This document shows, piece by piece, positions 1 through 13,650 of a stretch of DNA of 64,000 bases. The DNA lies in assembly GCA_050230475.1 (NCBI GenBank), contig JBFLGF010000041.1, positions 1-64,000 on the forward strand. Direction: 5' to 3'. The notes beneath the pieces are model-generated. The model was given only the letters and a program-made list of their open reading frames with translations. It was not told where the DNA came from and ran no database searches. Source of the DNA: Ancylonema sp. (taxonomy: Eukaryota). A program made the translations under genes and the position numbers. Within the stretch, counting starts at the first letter, position 1; every line of letters begins with the position of its first letter.

Positions 1-479
1 GTGTTAGAATGAAGAATGTCGCAACATTGATTTGTCGACGGGTTGTCAATTTGTTATTTGTTTTTTTTCATCGATATTGCAATAACTTGTTGTAATGTCG
101 ATAAGTTGCTAAGTAATTTGGTGTGAGAAAATTATACATATGTGTGAGTGTCGGTACCAAGTTAGGGGCTAAGATTCGATAACATCGACAAGCGGTGACG
201 TTTTGAATAGAGCGGACTGATTCTTTAGAGTCTGCCGACGTAGACATCGAGTCATACATGTCATCCTATAGATAGGGTTGGGCACGATTGTGCCGGACAT
301 TGCTCGGAGTATGTAAGCCGACTTCTCGGCTAATATTGAATTAATTTTCACCAAAATTAGTCTCACCAAAATTGCGGCTTTGCAAGTGATCTTTGCTTTG
401 CGTGTATTTGCATGGAGAAGTCTACTATCGTTGTGTTCTAGTTCAGAATATAGTCGATCTACTTCCAGACAATGTCTGG

Positions 480-612
480 AAGTCAACACCTCGATACAAG
501 GACAAAGATTTCAGATTCTGGTAGTAAATGTCGTTATACAGTGTATAACGACACCTCGATATAACGACACTTCCTTGGAAAAAAAAAATGTCGTTATATC
601 GAGGGAGCACTG
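480..612. mobile_element. Tc1/mariner (pogo/Tigger-like) MITE remnant
   Basis: The right end tgtcgttatatcgagggagcactg is followed by TA (613-614). The motif cctcgata(t/c)aa(c/g)gaca recurs at ~489 and ~554, and there is an internal hairpin at 529-553. The left end is degenerate. Confidence 0.5.
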
Positions 613-845
613 TACATTATTTTTGCAAACCGGTCCCAAATGCCAAGCGGTTCAAAATAATATAAAAATTAAAAAACATCAAATCAAAACATACTGATGA
701 TTCGCAATACACGGGATCATAAATTAGCATTCACAATCGCGAAAAATCGAGAGTGTACAATACTCGTATAACCTATGCGGACCTACCATTAATATATTCA
801 GTATTCCATTATATTTTAAGAAACGCCTCATGCTTTTTCATTTCC

Positions 846-1019
846 CTACCGCCGTCCAATTGGTCCAACTGCCAAACAACCGCGGTTCGACGGCGGAATC
901 GCGGCTGGACGGCGGACTCGCGGTGGGGTGGCGGTCGGAGCCGTCGGCGGCGATCGGAGACGGTCGGCGGGCGGCCGACCGCCGACCGCCACCGAGTCTG
1001 GCGGGCGGGTCCCACCCTA
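846..1019. mobile_element. right end of a hAT-like non-autonomous element
   Basis: GC-rich ggcgg/ccgcc subterminal repeats end in cccacccta, the same terminus as the 10401-11404 element. No matching left end or TSD was found. Confidence 0.4.
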
Positions 1020-1405
1020 AATCATTAGCTAGCAACCTGTCTTCATTGATATTTTTCCACTCCGACGTTATGAATTCAGCCAGGTTTTACGTATATTTAG
1101 CAGGTTTTACTATATTGAGGTGTGGTTGTACACTGTCTTTCGTTACCACATGACGTAGTCATTTTGTTCTGACGTATTCACATGACGGAACCGTGTCCGC
1201 GGCGACGACACGTTTGCAGAAGCCGTCTGCGGAGGTTCTCACACCTGATGTGACTCGTTTCCATGGCTAGCGGATCCTAACAAATTTGATCAGACTCTCA
1301 CCAACACTGTGTGTTCGCTATTATAATACCAGCCTCTGTTCGGAAGCTTGGTTGGGGAGGGACGAGTTGGACTCGAAGGAGACCCTCGTGTCATCGCACA
1401 CCTTC

Positions 1406-3499
1406 ATGGCCGCGCATGTACTTATTCGGCCTATAAATTTTCAGAAAATACCTGCGCTTCCCAGCTTTGATAATGGCAAGCGATATCTTGGCAGTCCCGT
1501 GTTGAGTGTGAGACGGATAAGGAGCCCGGGCAAAGTGTTTAAAAACAGTTGGTCAACAACGACTTCAGCAGCTGGAGACACTGATTACAGGCGCAGGATG
1601 GAGGACGCTGCAGAAGCGGCGAAGTCGAACTTCTCGGATGCTGCTAAATCGTTTCAGGAGAAGGCAGCTGAATCATTTAGCGGGGTGAAGAGGGAGGCTC
1701 AGAGATTTGAAAGAGAAAACGATGTGACGGGAAAGGCGAAGCAGGCGTTTGATGTGGCGAATCAGAAGTATGAGGAGTTCAGCGATGATCTTAGACGACA
1801 AGGGGTAAAAATCGATCGAAAGTATAAAGTGACTCAGAAAGCCAAGGAAATTGCTGCAGCAGTGGGTAGTCAAGCGCACGATGTTGACCAGCGTCTTGGG
1901 ATTAGGAAGAGCCTCAGCGCAGCATCAAAAGATTTTCTCGTGAACTTTCCCAAGGTGAATATTATACTCACACCATGTTTAGGAACGAAACAAAGTCTAC
2001 CTTCTGTGCAACTCGTAATATAGAAGGTAGTATACTCCACAGTCCAACTTTTACGGGTATGAAGTCTGTCAATGGACCATCTATGTCGTCAGTATACATC
2101 AGGCCAGTCGGATGAACTGAAAAGCGTCAGTTTATTCTGTGAAGAAGGCGGCTCTAGACAGCGTCAATGGGTATCCTGCCATCTTCTTAGGTGTATGTGG
2201 GTTAGGAGGTAATAGTGCACCTTTTCTATAATATTATGGAATTTCATATTACCTGGAGGCCTGTATGATGCTTGTATCAAAAAATGTCAAAATCATTTAC
2301 ATGGGAAGCTTGGCTAACTCCTTAGTGGAAAATTCGACCATGCCAAGGCAACATACGTGTTAGTATTGTAGTTTTATATGCATCAATGCAGCAGCGCTTG
2401 CGGCTGTTGTTCTCTTTGAAGCAGCAGTAAGGTAAACTTCGCAGCCTTATGGAAAACGGGTCTGCTTTCTTCTGTTTTTCTCGCAGTATCGAAGGCAACT
2501 GGACGCGTTTCTGGCGACTCCAGTCGGCCGCTTCTGCAGTGTACAGTCCACTCACTCTATAAGCACCCCACTCTACTGGCACAATCACTGAGATGTTCGT
2601 GTTACAGTCTCTGACTGATTGCTTCACGCATAGTGTAAGCGGTAGATACAGGGCACAAGGTTTTTGCGGTACTTGCTAACCCCCTTTTTCTGACTAGCAG
2701 CCTGCTGCAAGGTGGTGAACTAGAGCAATATTTCTCCTGGCTGACACTCTCCCCTGATTTCTGGATTTTTTATTTGTCTGCAGTTCATGGTATTTTTCTG
2801 GTTGGCCACTTCCGGTTGGCTTGTTCGTCTCTTCAGCTGGGGCCTGCTTATACTCCCCTTCCTCCCTCTCATTCTACGAAGTGTTGCAAAGCGAACCATT
2901 GTGCAGGTGAATAACCTCTCAAGCTCTTGTGTGGGACAAGCATAACTCAGTGTCATAACTCAGCATATGCTTCGTGATACAGTCTAGCCGACCCAGGTTG
3001 GGTTCTCAGTAACGTTGTCATTGGCGTCAAATGTGGAACGCACCCCATTTTGAAAGCAGGGAGCCTGTGTAGCACTTTGAAGGCGGAAATGCTTGTGTTC
3101 CAGATCATAGGCAACAAATAACTAGGCCGTAGCAAATCATTCACAAAAATATATCTCTGCCAGGTGTCATCTGCCCTGTGCTTCGAAATACTTTTTACAA
3201 TATGTTCCACAATATGCCATACTAAGTTCTAACATTTCAGACCCTCTTGGCTGATTCTAGTTTTAACAAGATTGCCATATTGTGAGGCGATGTCATGAGT
3301 CTGAATTGTAACGAAACACAGTGTAACTTTGTTCTTCCAACTCCGTCTTCTTCAGGGAGTGTGTCCCAACTGCGGTCTGCAGTATGTGGGCGCGAAAAGC
3401 TCGATGCTCACATGCAGAAAATGCCGAGGAATAGTTTGGCAGCCCGGCCAGGATTTCTCCAAGACAGACTCAAACATCATTGATATTGAGGCTGAGTAG
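1406..3499 (+). CDS. plastid-targeted membrane protein with C-terminal CxxC...CxxC motif (Arabidopsis At2g44870-like); exons 1406-1954, 2487-2540, 2784-2906, 3356-3499
   Basis: GT-AG splicing gives ...NFPK|YRRQLDAFLATPVGRFCS|FMVFFWLATSGWL...|GVCPNCGLQYVG...CRKCRGIVWQP...IIDIEAE*, matching the conserved plant family. The N-terminus resembles a transit peptide. Confidence 0.85.
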
Positions 3500-5001
3500 A
3501 CTGCTTCGGGTGTGCAACACACACTTCTTGTATGATAGATGTTTGTATTGTGTTTAATTGTCCTTATGTTTGGGTCAATTGTAGTACTTCTGCCTTTTTT
3601 TGTACATAAAGTTCTGCAACCGTGTCATTTATTGAGCTTGCCGTTCTGCATCCGGACTGCTTTGTTTGGTGTGAATCTGTTTTTGCTTTCCTGTGGATTA
3701 AATTACTAATGCATGAAAATTCACACATCACTTTGTGCTCCACAACAGGAATGCATTGCCAGAATTCAGCGCTGTCTCAAATGAATACCCATCATAGCAT
3801 TTTGTTAGTTTTCCATTTCCCCCCGATCTCTTCAATAGTAGGGTAGTTTGATGCTACAAGTACTAAGGGCGACATCTAATCCACACAACTTTACACCTCT
3901 ACCATTCGTAATTGTGCCAATTATACTTGGCACCTAGGCCCCGAATTTCTCACAAAATGCCAAAATGAAAGCCGGGTAGCAAAGCAAAGTAAAGCGGGTT
4001 TTAAAGGAACCTTACCGGGTTCGCACATACAGCTGTAAGTACCACGCACAGTCCACTCTCGATTCAATGTCCAAACAATGTGGAAACTTTGTTCTGATAA
4101 CATTGTTTTCAGCTGTTCTTTTTACCCCCTTTAAAAGAGGTTCAATGTTGTAGAGTAACCCACGTGAGAGTACCACTAAAAGTCGAGTTTTATCATCAAG
4201 AGGTTACTTCATTAAGAAATTGGTGTGTAAGTTATGTACGCTCATAGTAACGTGTGTACATGACCCGCATCATTTCACATACATGCTATAACTTGTATAC
4301 ATACGAGTGCACGTTTGCACTTGCTCAATCTCGTGTTGACACAAAAGCGGCATGCCATCATCAGAATTCACACGTCTTATTGTCTTTACACGTCCCAAGC
4401 CGTTCTTTTTTGTTAGTATCATTTTTTGGTATGCAGTACATGTTGCTATCTATGGGGAATTTTTGCATTGAATACTCATTACGATAATACTCGTTACGCT
4501 AACAAACTCGCTGCATGAAAGTGTGTTTGTCGCTAGTCAAATGTAACGAGAAAGGTAACCCCCTGATGAGAATTCAATGTGCACATGTTGTGTCTGAAAA
4601 CCCACCCACAGCAAGATTTCGTATCATTATCGAATTCCGACATCCATTGTTGGACTTTGTTTCTACTGACCATGCCAATGAATTTCGTTGAAGTATAAAA
4701 TTGTAATATGATATCAAAAAAGAAAATCATGATAACTTAATGTGTCCACCGCCAGGAAAACGTTCCAAAACAGGTGCGTTCCAAAACAGTTGTCATTCCA
4801 TCTACATGATTCGGAATCTTGAAAGTATACTTCATGATCCCAAAAACATAGTCCATGTCCCACACTCGGACTCCTAGATGTGCACACGGTGTTGGTTGGG
4901 ATTTTAACTGCCCCTCCGTACATCATGATCGGTCGTCCTCCATAAGTAAGACTCACTAATCTTTAATGTGAAGAGATCACAACGTATCACGCAATATCAA
5001 T

Positions 5002-5104
5002 CATAGTTGCGTTCCGGACCGTCCGGGGATCTCCGAACGCGGATTTCCGGCGCCGGACGCGTCTCGGACGCGTCCGCGATCCTCGCGTTCGGGACGCAAT
5101 TATG
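5002..5104. mobile_element. 103-bp hAT-type MITE
   Basis: TIRs catagttgcgttccgga / ttcgggacgcaattatg, with a perfect 8-bp TSD atatcaat (4994-5001, 5105-5112). Confidence 0.9.
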
Positions 5105-5581
5105 ATATCAATATATTCTACTTGCTTTTGTTTGAGGAAATCTAAAATGCTTGACGAAAGTCAAGAGCACTGACTAACTTCTACGGCTGTCTATTACGCA
5201 ACACCTTGACATGCACACATCGCTACTAATCATTAACGATTGCCATTCTTGCATGCAACCATGCTCAAAACTTGACAGTTGAAGCTCGAAACTCGAGGCG
5301 ACTTCATAATTTGTCGATCATTGCTCTACTACCAAATGCCCTATGGCTAGAAAATTCATTGTCACGCTCAAATAGAACGTGATGTCAATCGTGTTGATTA
5401 CTTGAAGATACCAACTACGTTGCAAACCGATTCCACTAAATAGCCCTCCATGATAAATATAGGAACCAAAGTATTAATATTGGCATTGTAACGTAGAGCA
5501 CGTAGTGTGTGAACGACATCCGGAAGACGTCGAATACAAATGCGTACTTTTTGAAACCAAAGCAAGTCAGCCGAGCACTAT

Positions 5582-8500
5582 TCAAGCGGCCTTTTCAAAC
5601 AACCCCGCGACAACGGCTTGTGCCACAGGATGGTACTTGTCCTTAGCTTCTTGAAAATACGTCCACGCCAATTCTCTTTGGCCCGACGCAATGAGGCCCT
5701 TGTATAAGGGGGTCAAAAACTTCATCCTCCCGATTGTATTTAGCGATTTCTCAATGGCATCGTAGCAAGGAGAGTAGGCGGAATTGGCTCCTATGGTTAG
5801 AAAAGCCACCCGTATCTCCGAGTTGGGACTCTGCACAATTAAGATAGAAAATAGAAAAAAACGACATCAAGGGTAGAAAAGAACGCAACCACTTGTCAAT
5901 TGTCAATTCAGACCCATTCTTCATACTCGCATAAAAGAAGCATATAAACTCGATTGGTCAAATATGTTTTGTACGGATGCTCTTCGGACATCCGTCCATC
6001 ATTCCCCCGAATCGAGGAAACACAACAAACAATAGTGAAGTTCCGAGATGACTCATTCACACACTCATCCAAAGGCAGAGACACGATACATACCGTTGAG
6101 AGCGAGAAATCTCGGTCGAGTGTCGCTAGTCTGTTGTGAGGCAGCACGAGGGGAAGGGCTTCCAAATAAATCTGCCAGTCCGCCGCGCTCCAGTTTGCCA
6201 CATCTTTGGCCGCCAAATCGAGCCCACCCTCGAATCCTTCCGCCAACGACTTTACTTTTGTCAACGTCTCCGATTTTGGTTCGATGGCGTCCCGCGGAAT
6301 TCCTTGCCCGTGAACCCACACGTCCAAGTCCACGTCTTTGCCGATTTGAGGAAAGTTCGACGTCAAAAACCCGATGAACGTCTCGGTGGTGATGGACTGG
6401 AAGTTGAATGTCGCGATGTAGTTTTGGATGAACAAATCGAACGCCTCGCGCCCAACCTGCGATGGAAAGCGGGGTTCGGATCGTGGAAAGAAATGGGCGA
6501 AATGGAATCGTTATGTATAAGTCATTAATGATTGTTGCCTACAAGTTGAATGCCACTCGGATATATATAGAATATAAAAGACCAAATGTATGAAATAGAA
6601 ATTAACCATGAGAGTTGAGTGAGAACGACGGACATTTTATGGCACGTTGATGATATAGTGATATGAAAGATTATGATTGACATCCAAAAGGTGGTAAATG
6701 GCAACTGATGTCCGACTAGCCAACGACGCGAAAGATGATAAGGAAAACATGACATGCCATGGAACACACCAACATAAGAAAACATATCGAAGAACGCTTC
6801 AACATTTACACGCTCCTTATGTTCGTCCTTTGACCTTACTTTGATTACGCACTCATAAACCGTCATGTGCTGAAGAAAACCCAAAGAAATACTCTTGTAG
6901 AATCATGGTTTCCAAAAAAGGGGACCATGATCTCCCCGCCATACCCTCGTAGAACCCCCTTATAACAACAAACAACGGGTCCCCCCACCCCCCTCCCCCC
7001 CCCCACCTGCGCCTCCAACCGGCTGACGAATAGGTACCCCTTCTCGTACGGCACCTCGCTGTACACCTGGTCCGGGTCCACCCCCGCCAAATCCATCTTC
7101 AGTTGCGTGTACTGCGGGGAGTCGTTGAATCCCGCCACCGTGCTTTGGAGCGCACTCCATCCGATGCACGCGTCCATCAACATTGCTTCCCTACCGGAGA
7201 GGGCCTCGATGATGCGACGTTGGGCGTAGGTAGTCCATCCCTGCGATAACAGACCGCCCGCGAGTTTGCTTTGGTTCCAACTTCGCCTACAGCAGAGGTG
7301 CTTGTTCACTTTTGTGTGTGGGTGTGTTGAATCAAATATCATCAAACTGAAGCGATAAACGCAATGAGAAAACGCCGTGTGGCGGAAGTGGGATGGAAGG
7401 ATATATGGTGCTGCCCGAAAATCGCGAATTTCCGGCACGGAAACTCGATCGGGTTTCGGGCACATGCACCCGTACAACCCCCCCTTCTGACCTCATTCAG
7501 CCAAAAGTCGTTGGCGGTGGCGTTCGATATGAGGTTCCCCGTCCAGCTGTGCGCCAGCTCATGCGCCACCACCTTCACCAGCGACCGGTCCCCAACCACA
7601 ATGGTGGGGGTCAAGAAGGTCATGCGCGGGTTCTCCATCCCACCGTAGGGGAAGGAGGGGGGCATGACCAACACGTTGAACTTCTCCCATCGGTAGGGGC
7701 CGAAGAGACGCTCCGCGGTTTGTACCATGTCCTCCATGCCCGCGAACTCGTAGGCGGCGGCTTTGAGGGCGGAGGGCTCTGGGGGGAGGGGGAAATGGAC
7801 CCGAGGTGTTGGGTTTGGAGCTTTGGGGAGGTTTGCAAACGTGACATAACTTTTGCGCCGCCTTGCGCCTTGGCTCATGAGTGTAGGTTATTGTGCGTTG
7901 CCGTTTGAGTGGTTGATTTTTTTGTTTTGGTTTTTAATGTGGTTTCTTAACTAATTATTGATTATTGTTGCTATCATTGTTTTTACCACGAGTTCAATTA
8001 TTGATACTGTTATAACATTGTCATTACTTTTATCATGATTGTTGATCACGTGTGTACTATAAATATGGTACTTCAAACCATACTCATCTCTCCCCCCCCC
8101 CTCTTACCTGCGTACACTCGGCACCTGTCGCTGACGTCAGCAAAGGTGATGTCCCCCGCTGCCAGCGCAAACAGGTAGGGGGGAATGGACTGCTCCATCA
8201 CAAAACGCTCCACCGCCACCTCCCCCCTCTCCTCCCGCCCCAAGGGCGCCGCCCCCATCACCACAGCAGCGCTCAGGGGGACCTCCACGGAAGCTGACAG
8301 GAATGGCATCAAGGAACCACAGGGGGGGGGGGGGTCAGTTGAGGTTGGGGGGGGGGGGTAGGAGGGTGGAGGGAGGGGGAGCGCACACCTGTGTACTTGA
8401 TTCGAGACAGGGGGGTGTCCTGCATTCAAACGCACATACAAAACTGGGGAGGAAATGAAAACACACGTTCCCCCACCCACCCCCTTCCTCCCCCCCCTCC

Positions 8501-10013
8501 CGTTCCCCACCCCCTCCACTCCCCCCCCTCCCCGGTGCGTGCGTGTGTGTATGTGTGCGTGCGAAGTGAATGTTTATTGGTTGATCGGTCGTATACCTGG
8601 CATGGCAGTACGGATCTGGCATGGATGGGCTGGCACTGTGTGAACACGTATGGCTGATGACCGCCGGCCGTCTGCTGAGGAGAGAGCCACTGAAGGGCAG
8701 TAGCGGTGGGGGAGGTGTGGTAGGCTGGGGAGGAGGGGGGGGCTTATTCATTATCACCACTGGGACTATGAAACTTGGTTATGGACGGATGGGTGCCAGA
8801 AACATTGATACACATTTGTGACAGCTGGTCCAAGTTCGAGGCACCTTCTGATACATATGACCGACATACCGTAGCTTTGGCTGGAACATTCTGAACCTTG
8901 GCTACTTGGATGTGTATATTGTGGAGAAATAGGTGAAGACAGCTGTCATCGTGTTGATGCGTTTGTGGAGTGTACATGTGGTGATTCTGGTGTAGCACAG
9001 ATGTGATTCGTTTGGTTTCCTACTGACGAGTTCCACCTGTTAGATCACGTAAGATCAAGTCTGGAAGTAGGTGTGCAGTAAAGAAAAACGATTGCAGTTC
9101 CGTACGTGTACATATCTAGGATACGTGGTTCTGAGTTATCACCTCAACTTTTACATAGATATGTCCAAATATACAAGCTTACATTTCTGTATGCATAAAT
9201 GTATATGTTCGTGTATACGTACGCATGTTCAAAAGACTCGAGTCAACCTACATGTGGACCCATCGTATCAGAAAAGCATGTGAAAATGTAAGTTGAACTG
9301 TCACCCAACCATACCCCTGCCGAATTTGAGACGCAGCTACAGAGTGCCTGTCCCAAAAATGATTCTGGAAACTCACTGATGGTCACTTCATCGTCTTCCA
9401 GAGAGAGTTCCAGCAGCGTCCCTTTGATTGCATCCGCTGGCTTGTCGAGACTGAAGCGGACTGCAGCGTACTCAAAACGCCAATACGTTATTGAAAGAGG
9501 TCAGACCATAAAACCGGATGAGAGGCCAATGCTGTAGTAAGCTGATAACCACTAGGAGGAGAGCAGGAATGTTGCATATGAAGACATGCGATAACGGTAC
9601 CAGTTGACATACCTGGTTTTCCGGAACTGTCCCTGGCAGCTTCAATGGTCAAGTCTCGCGTATCCAGATAGAGAATGCCAGCAGCCTGACCAAGAGAGAG
9701 CGACAAGAGAAACAACATGGAAGCCATGAGCCATACCTATTTTTCAAATGATCGGAAGGTAGAGCGATTCAGCAATATTCAGTGGTAAAATAAATAAGGT
9801 GATATTCGACAGTGAAATACAGACGAAGATATTTGCCTCTATTTAGCCAGAATTTCTCTTGTCGGTTCCAGAACGACCTACCTTGAATGCTAACTTCAAC
9901 CTAGCAGTCCCGGAAATAAGTTTGGTTTCAAAGTCGACTTTCAGATGAAGGTCGATGGAAGTCGTTAGGGGATGAGTGCTGTCAGTGTAGGAATGGGGAT
10001 CGATCGGGGCCAT
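5582..10013 (-). CDS. LTA4H: leukotriene A4 hydrolase-like M1 zinc aminopeptidase (multi-exon)
   Basis: Starts [15 protein letters not shown]. Exons carry [40 protein letters not shown]...[13 protein letters not shown] and IGRMKF..PLY; the GT-AG junctions checked keep frame. Confidence 0.95.
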
Positions 10014-10092
10014 TGCGAATCTCAAGAAATATGTAAGGTTTTCCCCAACTGCAGTCGGACGGGACCGCAAGCCGAAACGCATGCAGTGAAAC

Positions 10093-11650
10093 CATTGTTG
10101 GATCCGCCCTGAAAATTTCGCCCCGCTACTCGCCCCGGGCGAGCCCGCCTCGAACGGTGCTTCGGGCTAAAATATTTTCGCCCGGGGCGGCGATATGTGT
10201 TTTTTTTTAGTTTTTTTGGCAAAAGGATCCCAAGACCACGTAGATTCTGTACATACCGGTAGTCGAGATTTTACAACACTAAGAACACCCCTAAGTACGC
10301 CCGCCATCTTTACTCGTGTAATATTATTTTTCATATCTCAATTTTTTGTCCACGCCACGCCACGGAGTCGCACTCATGGGTAAACATTAGATGATGTCGG
10401 TAGGGTGGCGGTAACCCGCATTTATTTTGTCCGGTTTCAGAATAACCCGCACTTACCCTCAAGTAACCCGCAAATACCCTAACGTACCCCTAATTACCCC
10501 CACCCTACCCTCAAAACCCCTTAAATACCCGCAAATATCCCTGAAAACCCTCAAATACCCTGAATTACCCTAGCATATCTTAACATACCCTGAGGGTATT
10601 ACACCTTATCAAAAGCTAGAAAAAAGTCCCATTCAAAATTAAAAAAAACTTCGGATTTCTATCATTTGAATGTTAAGAGAGCCTCTTTGAAAGACACGCA
10701 ATTGTAAAGCCTAGACGTTGTATACACGAGTATTTGACGGTATCGTTGTAAATAAGATGGAGCATGGACCATAGTGGAACATGGAACATAGTGCATGGAC
10801 CATAGTGACTCGCTCATCTTATTCTTCCGAAAGATCCACATTCCGCCGCAAGTGTTCCACACATTTATCATGAGATGGCTCTTCTTCACCAACCAACTCT
10901 TGCGTATCAAGTGACATGTCCATGACGAAAAATGGTTGCTACTGTGTCCGCAAGCCTCAACAAAAAAATGAGCCACCCACCCACATAGCTATCCACGACC
11001 TCTACACAAGTCCGATCCGGGCAGCCTCAAGACTCTCTAAGCCGCCAGCGACAACTTGTCGCGGACAATGGGGATGGGACTCGCGCCGTTCGTAACAAGA
11101 TTTTCGTGGGCCACGGCCAGGCCGCACAAATTCGTAACTAGAAATTTGGCGATAAGAGACCTATAAATGACAAAAAAATCCCGGAAGAACCTACCATAAT
11201 CTACCCTCATGTACCTAGAATACACTCAAATACCCTCATATACCCTCAAATACCCTAAGGTATCCCGGGTATTTTCGGGTACGAGGGTTATTCCGGGTTA
11301 TTGCGGGTTTTTAACCCGGTTTTTGGATGCCGGGTTATTTGCGGGTTAATACCTCAGGGTTACGGGTTAAGGGTTTTCCGGGTTAAGGGTAGACTGCCAC
11401 CCTAGATGTCGGACGTGTGGCGTATGGCGCACACTTTCCAAGAAGTCGGTTATGAACAAAACTGACCATCTCTCCCCATTGAGTTTTTTTTGTTTCTTTG
11501 TTTTTTTATTTTTTTGTGTTTTTGTTTTTTTGTTTTTTTTTGTTTTTGCATTTAGGTCTATGGCTCCGCCCCGCGATTCCGCCCCGCTTTTTGCCCCGGG
11601 CGAGCCCGCCCCGGGCGATTTTTTTTCTTCCCGGGGCGAAGCCAACAATG
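10093..11650 (+). mobile_element. hAT-type MITE family A, copy 1 (carries a nested element)
   Basis: TIRs cattgttgg / ccaacaatg, with a perfect 8-bp TSD agtgaaac (10085-10092, 11651-11658). It has gccccgggcg subterminal repeats, and its internal core is shared with the copies at 35786 and 58359. Confidence 0.9.
10401..11404. mobile_element. nested non-autonomous hAT element (1004 bp)
   Basis: TIRs tagggtggc / gccacccta, with a perfect 8-bp TSD gatgtcgg (10393-10400, 11405-11412) and arrays of (t)accc / gggt(t/a) subterminal motifs. The empty site is visible in the paralogous copy at ~36395. Confidence 0.92.
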
Positions 11651-11704
11651 AGTGAAACCGGGAATGATAACCAACACTTTCCAAATTAATAACCATTCTA
11701 AAAA

Positions 11705-11987
11705 GGGAGAGACTGCGGGCACCCCCCTAAGCGACTGCGGGCACCCCCCTCCGACGGCCCCGCAGTCTCTCCCTTCAAAATAGCCAAGTTAAAAAAATCA
11801 TATATTCTATTTTCTTTGCTATATTCATTTTTTTTTTTGGCGCACTATGGAGGGGACTGCCTAGTTTTTTTTCGTTTTTTTCGTTTTTTTACAATCTACC
11901 AATGTGGAGTTTAAAAAAGGGAGAAACTTCAGGCTGTCCGGAGGGGGGTGCCCGCAGTCGCTTAGGGGGGTGCCCGCATTTTCTCCC
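11705..11987. mobile_element. Mutator (MULE)-type MITE, copy 1
   Basis: ~50-bp G-starting TIRs (gggagagactgcgggcacccccctaagcgactgcgggcacccccctccg), with a perfect 9-bp TSD ttctaaaaa (11696-11704, 11988-11996). Confidence 0.92.
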
Positions 11988-12019
11988 TTCTAAAAATTGT
12001 TTAAATTAATCCTCTCTCA

Positions 12020-12567
12020 TTGATAACCTTTCTAGAACATGTTCAACGAGAACATACCGGCTTTCTTCCGTCCTCCGCTCCGGGCGGTCGTGGAGGGCGA
12101 GTGGATATTGTTATTTCGGATTTGGTGGAGGGGCATATTTTGGTGGATGTGGTCATTGCTGACCCCACGCAACGTGATTTGGTGGATCGCGCGGCTTGTC
12201 GAGGGTTGTTGGCCGCAGCAGATGCGGAACGGCGCAAAAAAACTCACTATCGTGATCGCGCGGCGGGGACCAAGTTAATCCCGTTTGCGTTGGAGACGTA
12301 CGGTGCGTTATCCGATGCAAGCAATCGGTTGTTGGTGGATTGTGCTCACCGTGCGGCGCAGCCGAATGGGCGATCGGGGCAAAATGTTAGTTTGATAGTT
12401 ATTTGGTTTCGGCAGAGAGTTTCTGTTGCGTTACACCGTTCTCTAGCACATACAATCCATGCTAGGACGTTGCGATTGAAGTAGGGTATGGCTCTGTTAC
12501 CCCCCCCCCCCCTCCGCGGATGTCATTGTCGTGAACACAGTTAAGGATTGTTGCTGGGCTGTTTTAG
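12020..12567 (+). mobile_element. 5'-truncated CRE-like non-LTR retrotransposon: restriction-like endonuclease C-terminus
   Basis: The peptide RVDIV...DVVIADP...AAADAERRKKTHY...IPFALETYG...RQRVSVALHR fits the RLE domain pattern (D...DV...AE..K..Y...PF..ET.G...R.S.AL.R). No RT is present upstream. Confidence 0.75.
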
Positions 12568-12879
12568 GGTTGGGTTTGCTTTCCTTCTTCTGTTCCGTTA
12601 GGGTGGTGAATTAACGTTGGTCTTGTACTCATATGGGGTTCCCATCGTGCTTTAATGAAATGCGTCTTCTCTTTCTAGAAATGAATACTTTTTTAAAAAA
12701 ATACCTTCCATAAATAATTTTGTTGGGGGGGAAACGTGTGAGGGAAAATACTTTTTGTCACCATCATCATAATCATCTACATCACCGGCGGCAACAACAA
12801 CATCATCATTATCGTAACTCATTGTAGCACAAGTCATGATGTTGCCATCAACTCGTGTAAAGATACCATACATGGTCCT

Positions 12880-13650
12880 ACTTTTCTACAACATTTGAAC
12901 AGTTCGCGCGCCAATCTTTTCCACTTCATTTATGAATTGTGTGCCAATATCACCTAATTTGTATTGGAAAAATTCCACACATATTTTTTGACTTACGTAC
13001 AAAATCAAATCTACAAATCCTCGATGGAAACATTTGTGGAGGAATTTTTGTGATTGTCGAATTCGCGAGTTGTTCTAAATATGTCATATCCCGTCAAGCG
13101 ACCCTCGACTGTTTAGAATCGATGACTTTCGTGGCGTAGATACTACAACGCACTATTTTTACAACAATTCTTATCGTTAGACGAGCGCGTCAAAGTAGTT
13201 CGTTTCTTACGGATTTTACGCGCGTAAATCGATAATTACTAAGCCCATCTTGAATATCCATTGTAAACCGTAGAAGTCCGTACATCCATTTGATATTTTT
13301 GTTGCGCATAAATAACTTGCAGTGTTCCGAACGTTTAAAATTATTGCAGTTTCGCATTCATCATTTTATTTTAATATTGAGTTATTCCACTTCGTGCTGT
13401 GTTATAGATTTTCGCGATGACGTAATTGTTGACTTACTGGTACTTATTGATTGCTTGCGTGTGCGTGATGCCTTCATCTCAATTTAATGAAAGCCGTGTG
13501 CCTTTTTGCATACGCATTGATGTTGATTTTGTCGTTCTCGTATTGTTATCGTTACCTCTGCAAATTTCGTCATGTTTGCAAGAAGAGGTGTCAACCCCTT
13601 TGGTGACATCGGTAAGAATCGTTTTTTCATGAGGTATCATTAAGGGCGCG
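12880..13650 (-). pseudogene. heavily decayed hAT (DUF659-type) transposase fragment, tentative
   Basis: Minus-strand peptides DIQDGLSN and IGTQFINEVEKIGARTVQ resemble SDGWSN and E.IE.VG..NVVQ. Many stops are present. Confidence 0.3.
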
